Assembly (NCBI GenBank): GCA_025558095.1
Contig: JAIVFI010000012.1
Coordinates: forward strand, 722,497-786,496
Reading direction: 5' to 3'
From: Hyaloraphidium curvatum SAG 235-1
Lineage: Eukaryota > Fungi > Monoblepharomycota
DNA: 64,000 nt
Positions 1 through 10,630 of the stretch are shown here, one piece after another. Both the position numbers and the translations under genes were made by a program. The notes beneath the pieces are model-generated. The model was given only the letters and a program-made list of their open reading frames with translations, was not told the DNA's origin and did not search any database. Numbering within the stretch: the first letter of the stretch is position 1; each line of letters starts with the position of its first letter.

Positions 1-253
1 CGGGAAGCGCTTACCAGTGCCTCAGGGCACGGATCACGCGAGGGACGGCAAAATGGGACAATCATGATCATTCTTTGTAGTGTATGTTGCCGCGTGGCTG
101 ATCAGCGTCCCGTGGAGAACACAGGCAGGACATCGCGAGCCAAAAGCGCCTCGCTAGGTCACCTGCGCCTTTGACCGATGACCTGGAGGTGTGGGACGGT
201 CCGATTGTGGACTAGATTGGGCGGATCGCACGCGAGAAGGTCAGACGAGTGAA

Positions 254-805
254 TCAGTCTATTCGCACGACCACCCTTGGCATCCTTTTCCAAGTGTCCG
301 CCGCTGCGGCATCTCCCCCTCTCGACAAGGAGACGTGCACTCGAACGTAAACCTCCAGCGGCTCCAACGCATCCCGCACCTGCTGCATCCACCACACGTC
401 TGCCGGATTACTTCTCGAAAACGACAGATCGATTCGCCGAAGTGCGGCCAGTCGATTGCACATTTCCAGGAGGTCAACCACGTACGAAGGGTCCGGGAGG
501 ACGAGAATGAGGTTGACAACGGAATCTTGCTTCCTGAGTTCTGAAAATTTGTTTCGGTAACGGTCACGTTCCGCATCTTCGTTCAGGGTTCGCCAGTGAA
601 GCTCCAGAGAAATCACAACTGGCCGAAGGTTCTGCAGCTTCAGGACACCAATGCCATCCCCGTCAGACGCCCCAAGCGCAATTGTACGGAGCTTCGACGT
701 CGCAGTCGGGAAGGGCGCGAGACTCGAAGGCTTGATGGGGCGCCAGGTCGGCCATTCTTGCAGCTTCGTCGACTTGTCCAGGAGTGACAGCAGACATTGT
801 CCCAA
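254..805 (-). pseudogene. 5'-truncated paralog of F-box/LRR-like family C (C-terminal half only)
   Basis: LLSLLDKSTKLQEWPTWRPIKPSSLAPFPTATSKLRTI and DTWKRMPRVVVRID align with LLRLIDGCSSLKDWGLWFEVTAEDLEPFPAATSKLRRV and DAWKAMPRVTIDT of 13245-14402. No ATG or F-box; an in-frame TGA lies just upstream of 805. Confidence 0.65.
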
Positions 806-1118
806 AGACCTTCAATGCCCGGATTATAGAGGTCGACTCCCGGTCCCTTGAGGAGGGTGAACGATCCCAGACCGGCAGGCGATCGTTGCCCAACGGGCCG
901 GTGTGTGTGGGAGAACCCGACGACGGCGATCGGGGCAACAATGGGGGCGCAGACGACGACAGTGGCTCGGACTACGGCAACTTCGACTCCGCTGACGACG
1001 GTCACGGCGGTTTCGTGGGGCCCTACCGCCGCAACCACCGTACCCGGGACGAGGGCTGAGCATACGTTGACCTCGGAGGCAATCAGCAAAATCTTTCCAT
1101 CGCAGCAGCTGCAGCGCA

Positions 1119-2891
1119 CTACATCCTGCTCCTGCTCTTCAACCCCGCCCGCATCCGCCCCTCCCGCCCATTCTCGCGATCCCCGTCCCCCTCCTCCCCC
1201 TCCCGCGTCCACCGCGCCTCATCGTGGCCGTTCTTCCTCGTCGACCACCTCCAGGCTCCACACACCACCTGCCCGCCCTCCGCGACGAACCCGAACGGCG
1301 GCCTGAGGAACCCCAGCTTCCCCCTCGCGCACCGCCCGTGCGTGCCCCACCACCCCGGGTTCGCCGCACAGAGCTCATCCACCTGCGGCGCGAGGTGCGA
1401 GAGGAGCACGGGGGCGAGCGAAGCGACGTCCATCCCCGGATCCGAGAGCTGCGCCGGGATCCCGACGCCGGTGCTTCCCTCCTGCATGCCGAAAGAGAGC
1501 ACGTAGAACGCCGTCTGGCACAGCGACGTCTCGAGCATCACGTGCTCTCCCCCATCGTTCGTTGCCAGCGCGGCGAGGAGCCCCATCGCGAGCACTTCGC
1601 CCGTCATGAGGTCCAGCACCGTTGTCGGGAGCATCCGCGGCGTCTCCGCACCCGACGGCATCGCCAAACCAGTGAAGCACTGCGCGATCTGCTCCCACCC
1701 GCCGAGGTGGGACAGAGGGCCCGAGGGGCCGAAGCAGTTCTCGGAGAGGTAGTACAGGGGCCTACTCCGCGGGCGGCGACCGGATACAATCATCTCGTTG
1801 ATGCGGAAGGCGAGGGCGGGGAAGCCCAGGCCGAGCCTGTCGAGCGCGCCGAGGCGGTACCCCTGGATGATGACGTCCGTCTCGGGGAGGATCTCCTCGA
1901 AGAACACGCGGCGGTCCGCGTCCTTCTTCAGGTCCAAGAAAGCGGACCGTTTGCCCAGGGAGGTGTCAAGGACGAAGGCGTCGATGTCCGGCACGGTGGG
2001 GGAGGAGAGCTTGAGGACCTCGGCGCCGAGGGAGGCGAGGAGTTTGGAGGCGTGCGGGCCGGCGAGGATGCGGGAGAGGTCGAGGATTTTGAGGCCGGCG
2101 AGGGGTCGGAATGGCGTTGCTGGCGACAAAGGGTTCGCGGAACGAGATCCTTCCGAGCCGGGCACCGCTCCCGCGGGCCCCCCGGACGGCTTAACCGGCA
2201 GCGTGGATCTGACCAGCAATGGCATGGTGCCCAGCAGCCGCCCCTGCTCGGACTGCAGACACTCTTGCCTGGTCCTGACCATCGCCGCGCATGCCTCGTT
2301 CGCCCACAGCCGCTTCTCCGCCTCCTCGGCGGTCCAACCCGTCGCCGCGATCTTTGCCCTCAGAAACACCCGAGCAATTGCCTTGTCCTTCAGGTCCAGC
2401 TCGCGGAACGTCCTTTCGTCTGCCCGCGAGAACCCAAGCACCTCGAGCGTCCTCCTCGCCCCCATCGATTTGTGCAGGAAAACGTGCCTACCGTCCGCGA
2501 ACGCGTGCAGGCCCGTCAAAACAGAGCCGTACCCCCCGGCCTTGACGGCTTTGGCGAGGATGCCGGAGTCGAACTCCTCGCCGTCGAGCGTGATGAAGTG
2601 GTGGGAGAAGAGCGAGAGCACCGCGTGGGCGGGTGAGGAGGACGTCCGCGGCATGGATCCCGCGCGCCGTTCGGCGACGAGCGCAGCCAGCGCGGCGGTG
2701 GCGAGGGAGATCGCCGCGGCGGGCTCCGCGAGGCGGAACGGCGACGCGGCGGCGAACGCGGCGAGGAAGTCGCGCGCGGCGGCATCGAGCGGCGCGTCGG
2801 CCGCCGCGAGGGCGCGCTGGGCGGCAGCACCGGAGATGCCGAGTCGGAGCAGCAGCGCGCGGGCCGCCATTCCGGTCTGTTCGGGGTTCAT
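1119..2891 (-). CDS. Family III CoA-transferase (CaiB/BaiF-like), intronless, C-terminal SRM (possible PTS1)
   Basis: PLAGLKILDLSRILAGPHASKLLASLGAEVLK, GKRSAFLDL and DVIIQGYRLGALDRLGLG motifs. Start taken at the ATG at 2891 (MNPEQ). Confidence 0.9.
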   Translation of the reverse strand: MNPEQTGMAARALLLRLGISGAAAQRALAAADAPLDAAARDFLAAFAAASPFRLAEPAAAISLATAALAALVAERRAGSMPRTSSSPAHAVLSLFSHHFITLDGEEFDSGILAKAVKAGGYGSVLTGLHAFADGRHVFLHKSMGARRTLEVLGFSRADERTFRELDLKDKAIARVFLRAKIAATGWTAEEAEKRLWANEACAAMVRTRQECLQSEQGRLLGTMPLLVRSTLPVKPSGGPAGAVPGSEGSRSANPLSPATPFRPLAGLKILDLSRILAGPHASKLLASLGAEVLKLSSPTVPDIDAFVLDTSLGKRSAFLDLKKDADRRVFFEEILPETDVIIQGYRLGALDRLGLGFPALAFRINEMIVSGRRPRSRPLYYLSENCFGPSGPLSHLGGWEQIAQCFTGLAMPSGAETPRMLPTTVLDLMTGEVLAMGLLAALATNDGGEHVMLETSLCQTAFYVLSFGMQEGSTGVGIPAQLSDPGMDVASLAPVLLSHLAPQVDELCAANPGWWGTHGRCARGKLGFLRPPFGFVAEGGQVVCGAWRWSTRKNGHDEARWTREGEEGDGDRENGREGRMRAGLKSRSRM

Positions 2892-3284
2892 GTTTGCACG
2901 CGGGAGACAGTCGATCGCGGGCACCGTCACGCGTTCCAGCTTGCCTGTGCCGCAGTCTCCAGGCTCCGTCCGCGCAAAGACGTTCCGACGCGTGGAAAGA
3001 AGGCCATGGAATCCGGGAAAGACCCGAACAGCAGCATACGGCGGCCTCGCCTCTCTCCCGCTCGAGCTGCTCGCCGCCGTCGTGCGCCCGTGAGCAACGG
3101 CAGCGTGGCCCCGCTGAAGCGGCGTGGGACCGGCACCTTCGGGAACAACACAGTGCCTCGAAGATGGCCGGACAAACGGACGTAGACTGCAAGAGACAAT
3201 CAACGACGCTATGGAGCGCAGCCCATGCAATTGTGGCGCACGCAGCCCCCTTCGCCTGCCTTTGCGTCAGGCACATCGATCGAC

Positions 3285-4699
3285 ATGTCCGGGACGGGGA
3301 CAAGCAACGAGCAAAACGAGCCCCCGATGGAGGGCGAATCCTCCCTTTTGGCGGGATTGGCGCTCGCAGTTTGCGGCGGCGTTTTCGCCGGCCTGGGCGC
3401 TGCGCTGCCAGCAGGTGTGCTCGCGCTGGGCGCAGGGGCGTTGCTTCAGCGTTCCAAGCGCGGGGCATTGGGGGAGAGCGCGCGGGAAGACGCGCCGAAG
3501 CGCGCTCGGCACGATGAGCCTAAATCACAGGTGAACGCGGCGGCGCCGCACGCTCCCGCGACGGTGATAGACTTGGACACTGCACCGGCACCGGCACCAA
3601 AGGCGTCGTCTACAATGCTGGTCATCGATCTCACCGACGATGCACCTGTGGCAGTGTCTCCAGCTGCGGGACCCATGGCAGGAAAGCCTGTCGTCTTGCG
3701 CGCAGACACCGACTACTTGCTGGAGGAGAAGGACGTGGACATCGACCACAAGGCAATAATCGGGGAAGGCGGCTTCGGGCAAGTTTTTCGGGGAAAGCTG
3801 CACGGAATCACGGATGTCGCGGTGAAGAAGTGCCGGACATGGAGGGCCCATGGTGAGGCGAGGGACTACTTCCGGGACGAACTGCTCGCGTGGGCAAGGA
3901 TGCCGCCTCGCCCGAATGGTTCGTCCGGCCGACCGACCCGTACCCTTCCCACTAAACCATTCCTTATCAGTGGTCCCCTTGCTTGGGTATCACCTCAACC
4001 CCGACTTCCTGGTTACGCGTTACTACCCTCATTGCAACCTAAAGAAGTACCTCGCGGGCAAAGGATGGCCTGTACGTGAATCTCTCAAGCTCCTCCACGA
4101 CGCCGCAAAGGGCATGGTGTTTATCCACGCCTCTCACATCGTCCACTCCGACCTCAAAGCCGAGAACGTGCTTGTCGACGTCGACAGCGGCGATCATGCC
4201 ACAGCGTTGGTGACGGACTTCGGCCTGGCCAAGCGACGCGTCAAATTCGAGAGCGGCGAGAGCCGCTACGAAGGCGCCCGCGGATTCTCTCTTCACTTTG
4301 CGGCGCCAGAGCTGCTCACACCACGGGGCGCCACGAAACCTTCCTCCGACGTGTGGTCGTTCGGCATGATGTGCTACCAGGTCCTCATGTGTGGCGCCTT
4401 GCCGTACGCCAATAGGGGGACAGACCACGTGGTAAGGCATCGCTCGATCCCGCCCAGTTCTTTTCGTCGCATCTCAACCACCGCCCCAGATCCGTTATGC
4501 CATCTCCAGAGGGGAGCATCCGACCCTAGAAAGTGCATTCAGGATTCCGCCAGCGCTGCGGGAGCTCATGGTGTGCTGCTGGGACTTCACTCCCGAGAGG
4601 CGGCCGACAATGGCGGAAGTTGAGCGGCGACTTTGCCAGATTTGGGAGGACTATGAGGAGGATCGGGATGCCACATTGAGCAGAACTGTATCTAATTGA
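3285..4699 (+). CDS. TKL-like non-RD protein kinase, 2 introns (3919-3970, 4432-4489)
   Basis: IGEGGFGQV, VAVKK, HSDLKAEN, DFG, APE, DVWSFG and CWDFTPERRPTM join in frame after splicing two GT-AG introns; TGA at 4697-4699. Confidence 0.9.
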
Positions 4700-4857
4700 C
4701 TCCCGTTGCGTCATGATAGCTCCACGTGCATGCCCCGACGGGCATGGCCTAACAGCGTGCGGAGTTTCTTCGTCAGCTGGCGATTCTCAACTTCCCGCCT
4801 CGATTTCGACGAACATAAACACCTCCTAGACGCGTCAAAACGGCGTCACTACTGGAG

Positions 4858-5826
4858 ATGGACCCTGCATCAGCAGAAAGCGGCTCGAACGCCCTGCCGC
4901 CGCCGCAGGCGTGCCTCGCGTCGCTCCCGCCCGAGCTGCTCCCCGCCGTCGCTGCACCCGCTGGGGCGCCGGGATCTCGCCCGCTGCGCCGCAACCTGCC
5001 GCGCACTGCACGCCGCCGCGATGCCTCTACTGCTACGCGCCCTGCGGCCCGTGCGACGAGACTTCCCGCTCTTCGAACGCGTGCTCAAGAACCGGCTCCT
5101 CGCGGACATGGTGCGCGAGCTCGATTTGGACGGCGGGCTGGGACAAAAGGACATGGCGTGGTGCCTGCGCGTCTTTCGGAGGATCAGGCAGCTGCGCGTC
5201 GAGTTGGCTTGGAACTGCATCCCCGCGCCGGATGCCCTGCGGGGCATCGAGGGCCTTGAACACCTGGAGCTGGGGTTCCGCGACCACGGCGGCGACGTCT
5301 TTCTGGCTGCGGCGATTTTTCCTCCATCGCTGCGGAGTCTTGCTATAAAGGTGGCACCTTGGGTCACGCAGGCGCCGCCGGAAGGATTGCTGCGGCGGAT
5401 CGAGGAGGGGTCCCCGCGGCTGGATTCGCTCTCGTTCGCACTCGTCACGAGCGACAGCAGGCCGCAATCTTTGTTCCTGAAGCGGCTGGAGAGGATCATC
5501 AGGGCCTCGTGGGGAAGCTCGAGGCACTCACAAGCGGTGCGGCCGCGTTGCCGAGAGAGCTGGTCGAGCACGCGCTGTTCGCTCCGAGGACGCTGGAACT
5601 GCACTTTTCCCACGGGGAAATTGTCCCCGATTGGCTCCTCGCGAGGCCGGCCCACTGCACCGGATCCGCGACTATCCAACGGCAGGGCGGCGCACCCCCA
5701 CACGTACTGCCGATTCTGGGCGGGTTGCCCCATGCCGCCGGGCCGCCTCGTATCAGGCTCCTCAGACGGCAAACTCCTGACGTACCGCCTGCTACTACAC
5801 CGAGTCCGCCACCAAGTGCAACATGA
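4858..5826 (+). pseudogene. Frameshifted paralog of F-box/LRR-like family A (10631-11848)
   Basis: N-terminal DNA closely matches the 10631 copy (LASLPPELLPAV, DGGLGQKDM). There is a +1 G at about 4951 and a -1 indel at about 5492; homology is lost after DWLL. Confidence 0.75.
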
Positions 5827-5910
5827 GGGACCCCGCGGACCCACAACGACGAGGTATCATTCAGAGGCGTTCATCGTTCGCGCCTGTACAGAACACCGCC
5901 GGCAATCGAT

Positions 5911-7077
5911 TCACTCCCCATAGAACACCGACTCGGTTTCCTCGACATACTCCCAGTACCCAGTTCGCCGCAGCTCCTGCGCCAGATGGCCGTCCATGCC
6001 GACGTGACCCGCCCTCTCCCTCCAGTAATCCACCCCCTTCCGCAGCTTGTCCCGCTCTTCCTCGCCGAAGATCAGCGGACCCGGATTGGCCAGGCAGAGG
6101 ATCTCGATGCTGAACCGCAGGTGCTGGTTCCTCTGCAACCAGTCGAGCAGCTTCAGGTGTCCCGAGCGTCCCAGCTCCAGCGCCGAGACCTCGAGGCGAT
6201 CGCTGCGCACCTCGGCCAGCGAAGGCGGCGGGTTGAACGAGACCAGCACGTGCGATCCGAGCGATGCGACCTCGAGGGCGGAAACGGAGGGGAGCCTGGT
6301 GCCGGCGCGTGCGTCCGCGACGAACGACTCGACCTGGGCGGGCCCGCAGTACGTCTTCGACAGGATGACCCTTCGGGGGCGGAAGTCGGGCTCGCTGTAA
6401 AGAACCTCTGCTGTTGGTGCATTGTAGTGCTAGCCCGTAACCCTGGAGAGGGCGTCCCGGTTGTTGCGGCACCAGTTCGTTGCGACGACCGAGGTGAGCT
6501 TCAGATCGACCTGCTCCACGGCCGATGCTCCGGCGACGAGGTCGCGGAACGCGGTGCTGAGCCTCTCGGGATTCATCGCGGTGTACCTGAGCTTCCGAAG
6601 TTTGGGAAAGGCGAAGGTCGATTGCACCAGGGGCCCGTCGGGTTCGCGGAGTCCGAGATGCGTGACCTCGAGCTCTTCGAGGGAGCCCGGTAGACCTTGG
6701 AGAACCGCGCGGATGACTGCATCTTCTTTGAACTGAAATGATGCCGAAACCAGGTTGGTGGCTTCCGACAGGAGCTCCCGCAAAGGCGCGTGTAAGTAAT
6801 GAACGGCGCCCAAGGGCGCGCAGGCGGTGTAAAGGCTTCGCGCGTGGACGAGAAAACCGTGTTAATTCCAGAACGACACCCTCTCGTTCAGGGGAGCCAT
6901 CTGACCCCGCCACCGGTGCGCGAAGTGCGTGAAAAGGAGGCGCGCGAGCATGGCCAAGGAACCGCGCGAGGCGCAGGCGCGCTCGAGCTGCGAGCGGCGC
7001 GGGAGGAAGTCGGCCACGCGGTAGAGGACTTCGGGAGGAAGCAGAGATCGTTCTTCTTGGTACGCCGGGGTCTCCAT
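5911..7077 (-). pseudogene. F-box-like/LRR family B paralog with two in-frame stops (TAA 6862-6864, TAG 6430-6432)
   Basis: Three same-frame ORFs read together align end to end with 11865-13136 and 45187-46404 (LPPEVLYRVADFLP, LPGSLEELEV, PDFRPRRV, LPSVSALE). Confidence 0.8.
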
Positions 7078-7524
7078 GGCCGGTGAGGATGAGCGGAGGA
7101 GCAGTCGATGCCCGGGGGCTTTCACACGCGCCAGCTGTCACCCCGGGCACAACATTGTCCCCCCGAGGTTCCAAATGGCCATCCTCGAGGCTGCTATAGG
7201 GCTCTACGCTCCAGTGCAGCCCGGCACGGATCCTTTGCACCTGCTCGGAAGCCGGCAGAAGGTTCCTCCGGTCTCGGAATCGCTCGCAGATTGTCCCCGG
7301 CGCGACCTGTTCGACCAGCTGCCCGGGCTTGCGGAGTACAGGCGCGCAAGTGTTGTGAAAGCACTTAGAGAGCCTGGAGAGTTCCCGCGGGGGACCAGGG
7401 GCTAGGCGACCACGTACGTTCCCACAACGACTTCTATCGATATCAATGCGCACGCGTGCGACCTAGGCGATCCAATCCCATATCCATCCCAAATACGACC
7501 TACAGCTGGAGCCAAGGAGCGTGA

Positions 7525-8294
7525 TCAGGCTTCCCTGCAGCACCCGCCGATGTTTCCCACCCCCCCCGGCCCAGCGAGCCCGCAATTTCCCGAGCCGGAT
7601 CCCACGACCCCGGTCGAGGTGTCGCACGCCGGCGGATCCCCTGACGTGAACACAGCCATCTCGGTCGTCTTGCCGTCGACGACGCAGACCTTCATGACGT
7701 TGCACCACGAGTCCATCTGCGCGCGTGGCAGGCAGCACCCCATGTTGCAGCTCCCGGTCGACGACTCGGTGCCCTCCGCAAGGGGCAGGCCGGTGGCCCA
7801 GTCGCAGGCGATCCAGCTGTCTACGCCGGCGTTGCACTGCCTGGAGCCGGGGTATTCCGTAGCTTCGCAGAGTGGGTTCGGGCCGGTGTCGTAGCGCTTG
7901 TATAGGGCGCGGGTGTCAAGAGCCCCAACGCAGGCGACAGTGTTGAGGGGAGCACCAGGGTAGGCGAAGTCGCCTAAGGGGGGAAGGGGCAGACATGTCA
8001 GGCCTTCGTCCGCCGCCGGTCAGGCGGGTCCCTCCCACAGAAGTGCTCCGGGTTGCAGTCCGCGCAGCTGCGCCGGAACACGATGGACACGGGGGCGTTG
8101 GCGTCGCTTCCCTTGAGCGGCCTGCAACGTGGGCGTGAGAGAAGCGGATCCGACGCGGTGGGGGATGCGGTACGGTTGGGGGACGGGAATCGAGGGTCAG
8201 CTCGCGCGCAGGAGAGTGACCCCGCAACTTGCCTCGCGACGGCAGCTCCAACGAGCGCCAATGTGGCAGCGGCGAAGAGCAGGAGGCCGTGCAT
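7525..8294 (-). CDS. Small secreted cysteine-rich protein, unknown function
   Basis: Signal peptide MHGLLLFAAATLALVGAAVA. Intron 7974-8038 joins a Cys-rich exon ending GGCCREA*. A possible in-frame GC-AG intron spans 8122-8232. Confidence 0.7.
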
Positions 8295-8973
8295 TGCGAC
8301 AACTTGTTTTCTGGTGGATTGCGGACGTCCCTCAACGCACGGCCACCGTTTTTCCTGAGCTCGAAGGGAAACAACCCCAGCCTCCGCGATCGGGCTGCGG
8401 AACGGCCATCGCGTTGCTCGTTTCGCACCCAGCTTTAGGCAAGCATTTCGGAAAGCAGAACCAGGTCGGTTTCCAGCTCCGCGGTGAATGCGTGAGCGGC
8501 AAACTTTTCGCCAGTTGGTGGCCGTGCCAATTTCGAGGATCCGGTCAGGGGGAGAGCACTCGGAAAAACGGTCCGCAAAGCCCGTCGGGTCGGCCAGAGG
8601 CTTTTGTGCCGCAGTTGAAGCCTTTATCTACCCTGACGTTGGCCTACCGGCCCCCCTGCCATGCCCTAGCCCGACCGTAGCCCTGCCGTATACCCCCCAG
8701 CCCATACCTCCTCGCCCCAGCCGACCCCGGCCGTCGTTTGCATAAGCCCGGCCCTCTCCACGACTTCTGTAGCGTCCAGCGGCGGCAGCGAGGCCGGCCG
8801 ATCGTCGTTCCTCGTGCGGGGTGGATCGGCACGACGCCTCCGCAATATTGCGAGTTGGCAGAGGGGCAGATGGGTGGTCGGACCCGACCCGCTGCCACCC
8901 CTCATCGTTCCCCGCCCGCCGCGTGCGGTGCATTCACCGCACAGAAAGGTGTTCCATTCCACACGACCGCGGC

Positions 8974-10590
8974 TCACGAGCCGGCGCGGCAAGCAAAGTC
9001 CATGGTCGCCGTGATCCCGAGCCCCCTGACGATGCTCCACAGCCCGACCACGAGCGTGACCAGCGTGACCACCACCACGGTCCTCACGACATCGTAATCG
9101 ACCGCAAACCCGAGGAACCTCCCCCGGAACCTCGCCACATCGGCGTACGAGGCGAGCACGGCGTCGTGCCGGCGGATGTCGGCGGCGAGCCCGGTGCCGC
9201 GGACCACGGGCAGCTCGCGGATCTCGCGCTGCGCTTCGAGGTACAGGTCGCGGATGGAGGTCACCTGGGCGTTGGAGGCGGCGAGGGAGATGAGGTCGAT
9301 GAGGGCGTGGCTGAGCAGCACGTTGGCGAGGTATGCAAGGTAGAAGGCGGGAACACACAACCCCGCGATCTGGAAACGCGGCGTGAGAACTCGAGAATAG
9401 AGCCACTCGTTCCGTTGGGGTCTCACGATGTTGATGAGAGCCAAAACAACCGCCCCGAATGACGAGAACAGGGTCAACCTCGAGAAGCTGAAACTGGATA
9501 TCCTCGTCCTCCAAACCGCCGTGAAGACGGCATGGAGCTCCGCGTACGGCTCGTCCGACACCGGCTCGCCGAGACGCGAAGCACCGGAGCGGAGGCGGAG
9601 GAGCAGATCCGCCAGGGCGAGCTTCATGGTCTTGTGTGCGACGCGCTCCGACAGCCTGAAGGTGCCGACATTCCCGGGGAAGCGGCAGATCGGGTTCACG
9701 TTGTGGCCAGCCAGACAGAGAACGGCGAATGCTCCGAGCGCAGCGGACCACGGAGTCGTCCAGAATTCACTCGCGAGGGTTACGACGGGGGTCCAGATCA
9801 TCATGAGCCCCATGCCGGTCATGAGAACCACCCTGAAGGAAGCCTCGAGGATCCGCAGCCAGGCAATGGCGCGGCCCAGGCCACCGGCGCATCCGGGAAG
9901 GCTGCAAGGACAGAGAGGATCGTTCGGATCGTGCGCGAGGAGCAGGAAACGCTCCGATTTCCCGGACCGCACAACGAGCTCCGTCCACCGTGCGAGGCCG
10001 GCGAGAGGGAACGCGTCGAGCAGCCCGGAACCGGATCGGGGCCGCGCGCCGAGCGCCCGGCGGTAGATGTCGAACGAAGGGTTGACGAGGAGGATCTGCG
10101 CCGCAAAGGCGAGCCACGTCGCATAGCCGATGGCGAGCTCCTTCGTGGCGAACAGGTCGCCGCGGAAGGCCCAAGTTGCCGAAACGGCGGCAGCCAGCCC
10201 TATGAAGACAACTGCGCTGCGCTCCAGGCTCCGGGCGGCAAACGGGGTCAACCACAGCTGCAGTGCCGTGATCGAGCGCAGGGCCGGCTGGGCGGCCAAT
10301 CCCGCCAGCAGCTCCTTCTTGCCGAGCGGTCGGGCAATTCGGAGCCGCTCCGCACGATCTGGCGGCGGCGGGATTCCGGAGAAGGAGGGGACGAGCGCCG
10401 GGAACGACGGCACCACGGCGAGGTACTCGGGCGGCGTCACGATGAAGCTCCCTTTGCCGTCCGCGTCCGCCGGGGCCTCTGCCGCGTTTAGTATGTCCAC
10501 GACGACGGCTCTGTCGCCGGTGCCGTGCTCGGGGGCCTCCAGGTGACACTGTGCACTATGCGAGGAAACGTCGGCGGAATCGCGGTCCAT
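8974..10590 (-). CDS. Seven-TM protein resembling the GR-like/DUF3537 (7TM ion channel) superfamily; probable intron 9370-9426
   Basis: Seven hydrophobic segments and no signal peptide. C-terminal LASYADVARFRGRFLGFAVDYDVVRTVVVVTLVTLVVGLW resembles the TM7 region of that superfamily. Confidence 0.65.
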   Translation of the reverse strand: MDRDSADVSSHSAQCHLEAPEHGTGDRAVVVDILNAAEAPADADGKGSFIVTPPEYLAVVPSFPALVPSFSGIPPPPDRAERLRIARPLGKKELLAGLAAQPALRSITALQLWLTPFAARSLERSAVVFIGLAAAVSATWAFRGDLFATKELAIGYATWLAFAAQILLVNPSFDIYRRALGARPRSGSGLLDAFPLAGLARWTELVVRSGKSERFLLLAHDPNDPLCPCSLPGCAGGLGRAIAWLRILEASFRVVLMTGMGLMMIWTPVVTLASEFWTTPWSAALGAFAVLCLAGHNVNPICRFPGNVGTFRLSERVAHKTMKLALADLLLRLRSGASRLGEPVSDEPYAELHAVFTAVWRTRISSFSFSRLTLFSSFGAVVLALINIVRPQRNEWLYSRVLTPRFQIAGLCVPAFYLAYLANVLLSHALIDLISLAASNAQVTSIRDLYLEAQREIRELPVVRGTGLAADIRRHDAVLASYADVARFRGRFLGFAVDYDVVRTVVVVTLVTLVVGLWSIVRGLGITATMDFACRAGS

Positions 10591-10630
10591 CTCGCCGCGC
10601 CAAGGATCCCGACGCCTCGAAGACACGGCA

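Noticed and set aside
1224-3093. Long plus-strand ORFs opposite the CoA-transferase, and similar shadows throughout the window
   Set aside because: They are R/A/G/P-rich with no motifs, as expected from high GC3 on the real strand.
5911-7077. Genetic code with reassigned TAA/TAG or TGA
   Set aside because: TAG and TGA end well-conserved genes here at the expected positions (CHID1 TAG, kinase TGA), so internal stops are better read as lesions.
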